Source of the DNA: a virus | Lineage: Duplodnaviria; Heunggongvirae; Uroviricota; Caudoviricetes | Virus record (IMG/VR): IMGVR_UViG_2879770953_000004 | Strand: one strand, 5' to 3' | DNA: 38,987 nucleotides | In this document: positions 1 through 10,103 of the stretch, piece by piece | Position numbering within the stretch: position 1 is the first letter of the stretch | Layout: each line of letters opens with the position of its first letter | Notes under the pieces: model-generated | The model's database searches: none | What the model saw: the letters and a program-made list of their open reading frames with translations, nothing else | What the model was told of the DNA's origin: nothing | Position numbers and translations under genes: made by a program

Positions 1-834
1 ATGAGTGATGGGTGGTTAGATTCTACTATGCAAGCAATAAACGATAGGATTAAAAGCCCATTATGGGGATATATCATTCTTGCATGGGTATGGTTCAACT
101 GGCCTAACTTAGCAATGCTCTTTATGAGTGATGCGCCTGTTAAGTTTCGAATAGATTATATACTATCTCAGGAATATTTTTACGCTCATTATCTGCTTGC
201 TCCTGTCTTTTTTGGAGGTGTGCTAGCTGTTATTACTCCTTATGCTCAATGGTTACTTTCTCTTGCTCAAAAATGGGCTACAGATAAACACAATGAAAAT
301 GTTTATCTTACAAAGGAAAAAGAATACTTGGATTCAATCAGGTTAACGGGGTTAAAGGTTCGGGCTGCCAGAGAAGAAGAGAAAGAAAATGCTAAAATTG
401 ATGCTGATATTAAAGCGGAAGTAGAGCGTGGTAAGCGTGAAGAGCTGGTCACAGAAGAGCTACAGACAGAGAAGAAACTGATTCAGAAAGAAATTAATAA
501 TTTAAAGCAGTTAGTATCTAAAGAAAAACAAACCATTGAAAATATCGAGATAGAAAAAGAGAGACTACAGGATTTGATTGTTGCCTCACTTGAGGTAATG
601 GATGATTTCTTTAAAGTTGATAATAGCCGTTCATTACAGCAATTGAAGAGTAGGGTAGAAGAACTTTTAACAGTTTCTGATATTGAAGCTTCTACCATAC
701 GTAACGCGCTACGACAAAAGAAAGAGCTAACTTCATCACAGACAATGAAAATGTTCGATATGGTAGAGGCTAAAATTAAAAAGGAAAAAGAAAAAGGTAA
801 TGATATAGAGTCGGATGAATTAATTAACCAATAA
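1..834 (+). CDS. Hypothetical membrane-anchored coiled-coil protein; may extend upstream of the window
   Basis: 277-aa ORF starting at base 1. The N-terminal third has hydrophobic helices (LWGYIILAWVWFNWPNLAMLF, LLAPVFFGGVLAVITPYAQWLL). The rest is K/E-rich heptad-like sequence. Confidence 0.5.
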   Translation: MSDGWLDSTMQAINDRIKSPLWGYIILAWVWFNWPNLAMLFMSDAPVKFRIDYILSQEYFYAHYLLAPVFFGGVLAVITPYAQWLLSLAQKWATDKHNENVYLTKEKEYLDSIRLTGLKVRAAREEEKENAKIDADIKAEVERGKREELVTEELQTEKKLIQKEINNLKQLVSKEKQTIENIEIEKERLQDLIVASLEVMDDFFKVDNSRSLQQLKSRVEELLTVSDIEASTIRNALRQKKELTSSQTMKMFDMVEAKIKKEKEKGNDIESDELINQ

Positions 835-2656
835 TGCTATGCCTGTAAATAACAGGACATAAACAGGTTAGTACCTATGCAATTTAACGGTATTTTTCCA
901 AGTATCTATGCAATCCTACACAGATTCTATACAGTATCGACATAGCCCCTTTTTATCATAACTTATTGAAATGTATAGAGAATCTGTAAATCCTCTTTTC
1001 AGGGTAAACTATATCGTGTTAGTCGTCCCTCTCCAGACACTACATATAGTGCTATATACAGGGCTATATAACGGTGTCTATGCAGTTGGTCACTATCAAT
1101 ATTCCCTCAAAGTGACTATCAACCTACTTAATAGTTACCTACGTGAAAGTTATGAAGTGATGGTTATAGTTCCTTCGTATCTCCTCTTAAAAAATCACTT
1201 AGAGACATCTTAATCTCTATACAGAATCTACGTAGGTGCTTATTAGTGCGCAAAACAGCTATTATGTTAAAAACATACTGTATACATATCAGTACTGATT
1301 TATAAGGGTTTTGTGTATTGGCTGATAAGAGGCTATACAGCACCTTGAGAGCATGTCTTATAAGTCATTGACACATAAGGTCACAGAAGTTTGTAGCTGT
1401 TACAGAGAAAACTGGATAGGACTTCACAGAACTACAAAATGTTACAGCTATTGATAGGTTAAATCTTCTTGATAGATGCTTTGAAGTGTGATGAAGGTTT
1501 CTTGAGGTGGGGCTAAACAGATATCATGAAGAAAGTCAATAGTTGGTTATAGATATTTTAACTGCTTTTGCAAAGGGAGTGCTATATCGTGAATCTGGGG
1601 TACTTAACAGCCATCAATTGAGTGTAGATATTTTTGAAGATTATCGGTGAAGGGGAATGTAGAGGGGTTACTACGATATTTATAAAAATTTTCAGACTCT
1701 GAAAAGTTACTGTACAGATTTTATACAAACAAAAAAGGACTCCGGTGAAGGAGCCCTCATCAGGTAGATTTTTAATGTGGCTACTACCATCCACCCATAC
1801 CGCACCAAACCTTACCCCACCGAACCGCACCCTACACGACCTTACCTCACCGGACACTGCCATAGAGAGTGTGCTTGGTTGCTTTGGAAGTAAACCTAGT
1901 ACAGTAAGCCATTATACATATCTAGATAGTAACGTCAAGAAACTTTTAACAGGAGGGGTTCCTATGGTCACATATTCCCTCTCTTCCCACTAAGTAAGCC
2001 TTAGCAGCACCTAAGCAACAATTGACTAACAGATTCGGTAGAGTCTATCTCATAGGTCAACTTCATAAACTCAGAGTTAAGTTACCTTGAAAGATTCTAC
2101 CAAGAACTACACAGGTGTTATTTAGTCTAACTGTGAAGGGATATTTAACGGGAGAAGAGATACGATATAACCCGAAGGGAGAGTATCATCTTAACAATTA
2201 TCTTAAGAATAAAAACTGAAAAACTCTTAACAGATAACTACCTAGAAAGAAGGGAACGATAAGACCAGAGGTAGTGACCTGTTAAACAGGCTGTTTCGAA
2301 GTCTCTTAAGAGTCTGTTAAGTAAGGTCATGTGAACAATCTTACCATTTTGTCAATGCCTTTGTCTTTGACCTAAATCAATAAAATGTATCGTTTGATAT
2401 GGTTTTAAGCAAAATAGCTAAAAAATCTTTTTAGAGGGGCGCTTCGCTTGTGTCACCAATATTATTCTTCCCTGTCTAAGGGGGAGGTTACAGAGGTCTT
2501 TCAAACCTCAATAGGCAAACCGAGGAACACGAAGGACGAGGGAAGAAAATCTATTGTGATTACCTTGAACAACGCCTGTAAAGACTGTCAAGAAGGTTGG
2601 TTAAGAATGGCTCTCCCTTTCTGGGGTTATCGCCTTGTATCTTAGTGATGAAGTGG

Positions 2657-3825
<1,169 letters not shown>

Positions 3826-4099
3826 TGGAGCACCTGTGTTGTTCTGAGGTGAGCATATCACCTCTGTTCAGGTGGCCAAATTCAGTGTGCCACTTCATGA
3901 GTCCAGGAAGTTCTCTGTGAAGGGTCTTGTCAGTCCTTTATATTGGGTGATTACAACTCATTGATGAATAAGGGTTTTTCTACAAGCTATCAACTGGATA
4001 GCTTGATGTGACCAACTGAAAGATACAGCTTTCCGGCTTTGTCAAGAGATTTCACTACCCACCAGCTAAAAATATTTCAGAGGCGGGAGTGATTGGAGG

Positions 4100-4288
4100 T
4101 TAGGATGGGTCTTTGTGGTTGTCTTCACGGCCTCTGTCCTTCAGGTCAAACGACCATTCTCGACCGAACAACCGAAACACGATGAACACCCTGACAATGA
4201 CATAGCGAAGTAGTAAGCCTGCGAACAGACCCACACCCCCACCAGCCCATAAATCAGATGACCCCAATTCTTGAGGGAGGTTAAACAT
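4100..4288 (-). CDS. Small single-pass membrane protein (62 aa), function unknown
   Basis: GAAGG Shine-Dalgarno 8 nt upstream of the ATG. One hydrophobic helix (WAGGGVGLFAGLLLRYVIVRVFIVF) and a charged tail. Lies downstream of a strong extended -10 promoter. Confidence 0.35.
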   Translation of the reverse strand: MFNLPQELGSSDLWAGGGVGLFAGLLLRYVIVRVFIVFRLFGREWSFDLKDRGREDNHKDPS

Positions 4289-4371
4289 TCAATGTACCTT
4301 CTGTGTGCAATGCAAAAACATGTGACCAAATACATAGCCACGCTTCATATTTCCCCCTCTCTCATAAACCC

Positions 4372-4380
4372 ATTATACCA
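4372..4380 (-). promoter_or_regulatory. Extended -10 promoter (TGgTATAAT) firing leftward
   Basis: The minus strand reads TGGTATAAT; a perfect TATAAT lies at 4372-4377. Confidence 0.5.
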
Positions 4381-4384
4381 CAAA

Positions 4385-4402
4385 TGTTACGAAATTGTTA
4401 CG
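4385..4402 (+). repeat. Direct repeat TGTTACG x2 with 11-bp period (candidate operator) between divergent promoters
   Basis: TGTTACG at 4385-4391 and at 4396-4402. The second copy runs into the palindrome TTACGTAA. Confidence 0.45.
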
Positions 4403-4409
4403 TAAATGC

Positions 4410-4438
4410 TTGACATTAATCCTTGAAAATGCTAGTAT
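4410..4438 (+). promoter_or_regulatory. Sigma70-like promoter TTGACA-17 bp-TAGTAT firing rightward
   Basis: Perfect -35 at 4410-4415, 17-nt spacer, TAGTAT at 4433-4438. About 50 nt upstream of the ORF at 4491. Confidence 0.5.
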
Positions 4439-4490
4439 TGTATGTATTTAGTTAACAGAATAATAACATTCCATAAGGGTCAGAATATGA

Positions 4491-5042
4491 ATGAACGACA
4501 GAGAATTTCAAAGGTTTCTTGAAGAGAGTAAGGCAAGAAACAAGCACAACTCCTACGCTTACACAAACTCCCCCACCAGCTACGAACTGCCAGCCTTTTC
4601 CAAAACCGAACGTAAAAACATTGAAGCGCTCATTCGTAGCATTACGCCACGGGTAAGACACATGCCAACACGCAAAGAAAAAGAGAACACTTTAAAGACT
4701 TTCCTGATGAGTTTTGATAGCTACGAACAATTACCATCACGAATTGAAGATATTATTATCGGCACTTGTCGCAGCTTTGGAAGAGATAATTATCACCGAA
4801 AAGTTTTCTATTTACTACGAAATATTGACAAGATTAGCTCAAGCACAATAACAAGTTATCTACAGCGTCAAGCGACCCGATTAAGCCATGAGCTACCAAG
4901 TGATAAATATTGCGCTAACTTAGCCACCATTTGCATGAAAGTTATTGAGACAATTAATCATCATGTGGAAGTGGGCAATATTAGCCTTACAACCAGTGAA
5001 CCAGATTTTGAATTTGACCCCTATATTTTGGAGGAATTTTAA
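4491..5042 (+). CDS. Hypothetical protein (183 aa)
   Basis: First ORF of a tightly packed co-directional gene string. No family recognised. Confidence 0.55.
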   Translation: MNDREFQRFLEESKARNKHNSYAYTNSPTSYELPAFSKTERKNIEALIRSITPRVRHMPTRKEKENTLKTFLMSFDSYEQLPSRIEDIIIGTCRSFGRDNYHRKVFYLLRNIDKISSSTITSYLQRQATRLSHELPSDKYCANLATICMKVIETINHHVEVGNISLTTSEPDFEFDPYILEEF

Positions 5043-5043
5043 A

Positions 5044-5322
5044 ATGAATAAACACACTTTGACCCGTATTTCAGAAGAAGCTTTTCACGAGCTTACCCGA
5101 ATTAAACAGACAACTAACCTGCCTCATCAAACTATTATGCAGCTTGCAATTGCTAAAGAGGTCACTGAGTCGGATTTACTGAAATATCCAGTTTCTAAAG
5201 GTCGCAGACACATCAGAATTACTAAGAACGCTCTGGCTACTCTGAAGGAACTGAACAACTTTAAAATTGATATTGCCCGACTATTGAGCATCAAGATTCA
5301 CAAGCTATCGATGGGGGTTTAA
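5044..5322 (+). CDS. Hypothetical small protein, possibly DNA-binding (92 aa)
   Basis: The ATG lies 2 nt after the preceding stop. N-terminus MNKHTLTRISEEAFHELTRIKQTTNLPHQTIMQLAIAKEV has a strand-helix-helix (RHH-like) appearance. This is inference only. Confidence 0.45.
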   Translation: MNKHTLTRISEEAFHELTRIKQTTNLPHQTIMQLAIAKEVTESDLLKYPVSKGRRHIRITKNALATLKELNNFKIDIARLLSIKIHKLSMGV

Positions 5323-5537
5323 TGCTATGCATTACCTTTGAATACCACACAGATAAAATGATTCGCTACATCTCCGACCTCCTGATTAAAGGAAACGGAT
5401 TCGGTGACATCTTTAACTCAAGAGATATTTTCATTAAAGCCATTGGCCCAAATGAAACACTGAAAGCAGCAGTTAAACTGGAATGGTTTGAGCGTCACAA
5501 GATTGAATTAGGTTATTGGGGTGAGGAGGTTTTATGA
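5322..5537 (+). CDS. Hypothetical protein (71 aa)
   Basis: Start overlaps the upstream stop (TAATG). The stop overlaps the next start (ATGA). Confidence 0.45.
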   Translation: MLCITFEYHTDKMIRYISDLLIKGNGFGDIFNSRDIFIKAIGPNETLKAAVKLEWFERHKIELGYWGEEVL

Positions 5538-5821
5538 AACCTTGGCATGAAGATGTTAGGCGATATTTTACAGAACACCTTACCTATGATGAATCCAGTG
5601 ATTCCCTGTGCTGGTCTGATGGAGAGTCGGTCACGATAAATACCGACGACTACGGCAACAAAACATTTAATATAGGTCGATACACATTCTATGTGAAATA
5701 TGTTGTCTGGTTCCTTTATCATGGCTATCAATCCAATAAGCAAATTATCCATCGAAATGGTAACAGAGCCGATACCAGACCAAAAAATCTTATGCAAGTC
5801 CGAGACTTTAAGAGAAATTAG
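5534..5821 (+). CDS. HNH_3-like small nuclease/homing-endonuclease-like protein (95 aa)
   Basis: Motif VVWFLYHGYQSNKQIIHRNGNRADTRPKNL resembles the ...IDHxNGNxxDNRxxNL signature of phage HNH proteins. Confidence 0.5.
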   Translation: MKPWHEDVRRYFTEHLTYDESSDSLCWSDGESVTINTDDYGNKTFNIGRYTFYVKYVVWFLYHGYQSNKQIIHRNGNRADTRPKNLMQVRDFKRN

Positions 5822-5972
5822 AAAAACAGCTTCTCAGACGCTCTCAATCGCATTCTAACGCAAAAAACTACCTTATTTTAGGGTGGACCACTGTACAGGC
5901 TACCCCTGAAAAAGACTGTTTAGCTCGTTACAGAGCGATTGAGGAGGTCTGGTAAAAAGGAGATTTTAGGAA

Positions 5973-6296
5973 ATGAGAGAATATGAATTACAGATTTTCG
6001 TTGATAGCGACACTGCTATGATGGTGCAAAGCTTCATTGATGCAGGTGTGGAAATTGATTTTGATAAATTACTAAAGCTGATGGCTGATAATGCAGAAAA
6101 CATCTCTGACTTTATTCAGTCGGTGGAGTTTAACGAGCCTCGAATGATGTTACCAATTACAGACAGTAATATGAAAAGATTGGTTATTGAGCAAACGAAC
6201 AAATACAGTATTTCCCCAGAGCAATTTTTGAAAGGTGCTGTGACAATCCTGTACAGCGATAATATTTTGGTTACGGATTCCGTGAGGGTTCACTAA
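5973..6296 (+). CDS. Hypothetical acidic protein (107 aa)
   Basis: AAGGAG-type RBS (aaaaggag) upstream. No family recognised. Confidence 0.5.
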   Translation: MREYELQIFVDSDTAMMVQSFIDAGVEIDFDKLLKLMADNAENISDFIQSVEFNEPRMMLPITDSNMKRLVIEQTNKYSISPEQFLKGAVTILYSDNILVTDSVRVH

Positions 6297-6373
6297 TGGG
6301 CTTAATAATTACTTGGACGTTGCTTGGCTTATTTGTTGGTTGCTGGGTGGGTAACACAGTAAATAAGAATTGA
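6296..6373 (+). CDS. Possible 25-aa hydrophobic peptide, translationally coupled (TAATG)
   Basis: MGLIITWTLLGLFVGCWVGNTVNKN read directly from the sequence. Too short for the ORF track. Speculative. Confidence 0.25.
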   Translation: MGLIITWTLLGLFVGCWVGNTVNKN

Positions 6374-6396
6374 TGTTATCAATATGTTAAAAGCTG

Positions 6397-6425
6397 TTGA
6401 CAAATAACCTTAAGCATGAGATGAT
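6397..6425 (+). promoter_or_regulatory. Sigma70-like promoter TTGACA-17 bp-GATGAT
   Basis: Perfect -35 at 6397-6402 but a weak -10. It precedes a ~340-nt untranslated stretch before the ORF at 6769. Confidence 0.35.
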
Positions 6426-6768
6426 GGTAATAGGGGGAGCAACTCTTCCTGAATTAAACTATTAATCATTCTACATCAATGATAGTTATTCTGAGTTGGA
6501 AAGGTGCAATGCTTTTCGTCATGGCCTATTTAGCCCACACTAGATAGGCTATCTCAAAAAGTCTTTGTTCATTCGTTATTGAATCCTTTGGATGTTCTTT
6601 AATTTCTTCACCTTAGCCCTTTATAGCGTTTTAGTTATCTAGGGCTTTTTCAGCTTTTAAAAAGCGCACTTGGCAAACCGCCTTTTAAGTCTCTTCTAAG
6701 TTCGTAGGCTGTCAGGTGTGCTTTTTAAAAACTGAAACATAAATTATCTTAGAAGAGGAAAAATAATA

Positions 6769-7473
6769 ATGTCTATCCGTGATGAACATGAAATGATTAT
6801 CGAAAACAGACCAAGTGCACTTGATATTCACGAATTAAGTTTGCGTGAATCTTTTGATAGAGCTTGGCGGGAATCACACGAAGTAAATAAAGGTCCATAT
6901 ATTCCACCAGAACCACTTGAGATTCCAAGAGTTGAAATTGATTTTTCTATGAACGAACGGTGTGAACTTGATTTGAAGTTGAAGCTACAACGCCGATATT
7001 TCCAAGCTATTAAAGACTCTCAAGAAGCAATGAGAAGTGTTTACGAGAAAATTCAGTCCAAGCTTGAAGACGAAATTGACGAAATGGCTATTTTGATGGA
7101 GCTTCAAACCAATTCTTATGCTTATTTCTCTCGACTAGACCGTGACGGTTGGGGGTATGACCCTGTAGAGATTGGTAAAGTGATTGCAGATTTACCAGAA
7201 GGTCAAAGAGTTGTTCGTACAGAAAGAGCTGTCAGAGCACCACATCGACTGTCTCTAATTGTTGCTGATAAATCACAAGCTGAGCTTGAAGAAATTGCAA
7301 AAGAGAAACTGATGAAAGCAAGAGAAAATGAGATTAATTTGCTGAAATCAAGACTGGCTAAGCTGATTAGTGACCATCAAGCGCTGGCTAAGGAGTACCG
7401 TCAAGAGTTGGCACAGATTATCAGCTTCAATGATTTTCTGAGTGTTCCACGAGAATTTAGCAAGGCTGTTTGA
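6769..7473 (+). CDS. Hypothetical protein with coiled-coil C-terminus (234 aa)
   Basis: GAGGAA RBS upstream. No family recognised. Confidence 0.55.
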   Translation: MSIRDEHEMIIENRPSALDIHELSLRESFDRAWRESHEVNKGPYIPPEPLEIPRVEIDFSMNERCELDLKLKLQRRYFQAIKDSQEAMRSVYEKIQSKLEDEIDEMAILMELQTNSYAYFSRLDRDGWGYDPVEIGKVIADLPEGQRVVRTERAVRAPHRLSLIVADKSQAELEEIAKEKLMKARENEINLLKSRLAKLISDHQALAKEYRQELAQIISFNDFLSVPREFSKAV

Positions 7474-7496
7474 TTATGAATTAAAAGAGGTGATTA

Positions 7497-7709
7497 ATGT
7501 TTGAAGAACGTTTAGAGACTATTCGGTCTGTTTGCGAAAGACTCCAGCTACAACCAAATAGACAAAAGCTACGAATTAAGAATAACCGTCATTACATCAC
7601 CTCACACAAACCAAAAACACGCAAGATTCCAAAGTGGTGTATTGACCGTATTCCTTCTGATGCTCAAATTATAGGTGAAACGGAACTACATTATCTTGTC
7701 CGACATTAA
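7497..7709 (+). CDS. Hypothetical basic protein (70 aa)
   Basis: AGAGGTG RBS upstream. K/R-rich. Confidence 0.45.
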   Translation: MFEERLETIRSVCERLQLQPNRQKLRIKNNRHYITSHKPKTRKIPKWCIDRIPSDAQIIGETELHYLVRH

Positions 7710-7783
7710 AAAAGAATTGGTTGGGTAAATACGGTGAGAGATTATCGAGTGACATCGGTAGTTTCTCCCTTTTTTGTATGTGT

Positions 7784-7850
7784 GCTACGTAAAATCTGTA
7801 AAGTTAATACCCACACTGAAAAATAGAATTTACGTACAACACGCTTAAAG
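7784..7850 (+). promoter_or_regulatory. Leader cassette L1: 8-bp inverted repeat (TACGTAAA / TTTACGTA) bracketing a TAGAAT -10-like box, followed by CACGCTTAA
   Basis: Arms at 7786-7793 and 7829-7836; TAGAAT at 7824-7829. It is a paralogue of the cassette at 10020-10093. Confidence 0.4.
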
Positions 7851-7863
7851 AGGTGAAATATGA

Positions 7864-9930
7864 ATGAGCAGATTTACAGTTGATAGTTTTATCGTTGAGC
7901 TAGGCTTCAATGAAAACGTTATTAAGGGACTGCAAAGAGTTGAAAAGGCAGCTTTGCAGTCAGCACAAAGAATTGAACGTAATTTGAATAGAGCGTTTAA
8001 AGTTAACCCAAAGAGCATGGATAAGGATTTAACAGCCTCTTTGGGAAATATGGAAAAGAAGATTAACCAGACTTTTAATAAGCTGCAGGAAAGAGCCAAA
8101 TCTACGAAGGTCTTTAAGTTCAAAACTCAGGTTGAAGAAACTGTTAAAGCAGCAAGACAGCCACGAATCAGCGGAAGCAGAGCAATTACAGCAGCGCATA
8201 GCGTGAATATGAGCAAGCTTCGTGACTTTAATCCTATGCTTGAGAAGTATTTTAAGAGCCAATATTACAGCTTAAGCAGTAAATCCAAGACACTTGGAAA
8301 CGAAGCTTTTAATCGTGAGTTAGCAAAGTTAAATCAGTCTCTTCGTGAAACACTTTCTAAGTTTAATAAGACCACCAGCAAAAATAATCACAGTGAAAAT
8401 GCTTCGAATGGTCTGGATGTATTAGCTACAAGTGCAATCAAAGCAGGTACAGCCATTTATAGTTTTCAGACAGCCTTAGAAGCTTATAGGAAGATTATGG
8501 AGATTGGTCTGAAAAAAGAAGCATCACAACGAGCGGCACAATTCGTTTTAGGTGATGAAGGTGCTAAACGAGCTACAGAATTTGTTAAGAATCTTGCTGA
8601 TAGTAGTGGTGTAGACCAGATTGAAACATTAAGCAGTTTTGCTAAGTTTTCCGCTGGTGCTGGTGATATGAATGCAGACCAGAAAGAATCCTTATTTTCT
8701 AATGTGATTGGTACATCCAGATTAATGGGGCTAAGCACCGATGAAATTAACGGGATTTTAAAAGCTTTCGAGCAGATGGCATCTAAAGGAAAGATTCAGG
8801 CTGAAGAATTACGCGGTCAGTTAGGGGACAGAATGGCAGGTGCTTTCCAGTTATTTGCCAGAAGCCTTGGAATGACTACGGAAGAATTAGACAAGGCCAT
8901 GAAAGACGGTAAGGTTCTTTCTAAAGATGTTCTCCCTAAAGTATCCGCTGAAATGGGAAGGATGATTGATAAAGCTAGTGGATGGGAAAAGATTATTAAC
9001 TCTACTCAGACGCAGTTAGGCCGCTTAAGTAATTCATGGAACAATAATCTGGCCTTAATGTTCGATGGTTCACAGGAAGGTCTTGTAGATTTTACAAGGT
9101 CACTGACTAATTTACTTAATTCACTGGGTGGTCAATCTAAAAATCTTGGTGAACATTTTGGCGACTTGATGAAAAGCATGTCAAACGGTATTGATGATTT
9201 AACCACGATTAGCTACCGAGTGCAGGGATTCTTTGACAGAGTGACCCTTGCTTACAGAGAATTAAATGACACTCAAAAAGCTGTAGCTGATGGTATCGCA
9301 AATGGCCTGTTAAGTGCATTAAAGGGACTTGCTGGTATTGTCGCTGTAAGGTCTGGTATTGGTGCTGTAGGTGGTATCTGGAACTTAATTAGGGCTATTT
9401 CCACGCTTGGAAATGTCGCAAATACAGCAGCGGGAAGGATTAATTCACGTTCCGGTAGTGTTGAAGGTGGTAAAGGAAAATTATCTGTAGCTGATGCAAT
9501 TACCAGAGTAATGATTGTCGGTATGACGACGGATGTGATTAACTCCATTGTTAAACCACTCTATGAACGTCAGATGAGTAAGTCAGATAATCCGATTGAT
9601 AAAGTTGTAAGGTCAAAGGTGGAACCCACAGACCAGGCATTAACTGGTGACATGAACTCTTTAGCCGCTGTTTTATGGGCTATGGTTCATGGCAAATCAA
9701 AAGATGTTCCACAGTTTTCACCTGAAGCATTAAATAATCTGAAAGGTCGAGTGGAAACATTCACACAAGATTTAAAGGTTATCAAGCCGTCAGTAAATAT
9801 TCAGCCTCAGACAATCAATATCACAACTCAGACGGTACTTGATGGAAAGGTTATTGATGAAAGAACCACATCGCATATTAATCGTATGCAGGAAGATACC
9901 TTGATTAGCTCAGCTTACCCAGAGGAATAA
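7864..9930 (+). CDS. Phage tail tape measure protein (TP901-type core)
   Basis: 688 aa. Helical N-terminus, core ...LMGLSTDEINGILKAFEQMASKGKIQAEELRGQLGDRMAGAFQLFARSLGMTTEEL..., and a glycine-rich hydrophobic segment (GLAGIVAVRSGIGAVGGIWNLI). Confidence 0.75.
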   Translation: MSRFTVDSFIVELGFNENVIKGLQRVEKAALQSAQRIERNLNRAFKVNPKSMDKDLTASLGNMEKKINQTFNKLQERAKSTKVFKFKTQVEETVKAARQPRISGSRAITAAHSVNMSKLRDFNPMLEKYFKSQYYSLSSKSKTLGNEAFNRELAKLNQSLRETLSKFNKTTSKNNHSENASNGLDVLATSAIKAGTAIYSFQTALEAYRKIMEIGLKKEASQRAAQFVLGDEGAKRATEFVKNLADSSGVDQIETLSSFAKFSAGAGDMNADQKESLFSNVIGTSRLMGLSTDEINGILKAFEQMASKGKIQAEELRGQLGDRMAGAFQLFARSLGMTTEELDKAMKDGKVLSKDVLPKVSAEMGRMIDKASGWEKIINSTQTQLGRLSNSWNNNLALMFDGSQEGLVDFTRSLTNLLNSLGGQSKNLGEHFGDLMKSMSNGIDDLTTISYRVQGFFDRVTLAYRELNDTQKAVADGIANGLLSALKGLAGIVAVRSGIGAVGGIWNLIRAISTLGNVANTAAGRINSRSGSVEGGKGKLSVADAITRVMIVGMTTDVINSIVKPLYERQMSKSDNPIDKVVRSKVEPTDQALTGDMNSLAAVLWAMVHGKSKDVPQFSPEALNNLKGRVETFTQDLKVIKPSVNIQPQTINITTQTVLDGKVIDERTTSHINRMQEDTLISSAYPEE

Positions 9931-10019
9931 ACAATGTTAGAACTACTAATATTTATTGCCACACATGGCAATCTATTAATCTTTATCTAGTATGACGATT
10001 CAACTATGAATAGTCGAAT

Positions 10020-10093
10020 GCTACGTGATTTCTTCTGAACAGATACCAACATCAAAAATTAGATTTCACGTAGCTCACGCTTAACAGAATAGG
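10020..10093 (+). promoter_or_regulatory. Leader cassette L2: 9-bp inverted repeat (GCTACGTGA / TCACGTAGC) bracketing TGAACA-18 bp-TAGATT, followed by CACGCTTAACAGAATA
   Basis: Arms at 10020-10028 and 10066-10074. The central part aligns with L1 (ATACC.ACA...AAAAAT.AGA.TT.ACGTA..CACGCTTAA). Confidence 0.4.
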
Positions 10094-10103
10094 AATAACA
10101 ACA

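Noticed and set aside
1582-1863. 93-aa minus-strand ORF across the C-rich tract
   Set aside because: It stays open only because of the skewed composition. The product is Gly/Val/Arg-rich with low complexity, there is no RBS, and it overlaps another frame-artefact ORF on the other strand.
835-2648. Possibility that the ORF-free segment is coding under an alternative genetic code (stop-codon reassignment)
   Set aside because: In the frame I traced by hand, TAA, TAG and TGA all occur repeatedly. The flanking genes of the same island also translate normally with the standard code.
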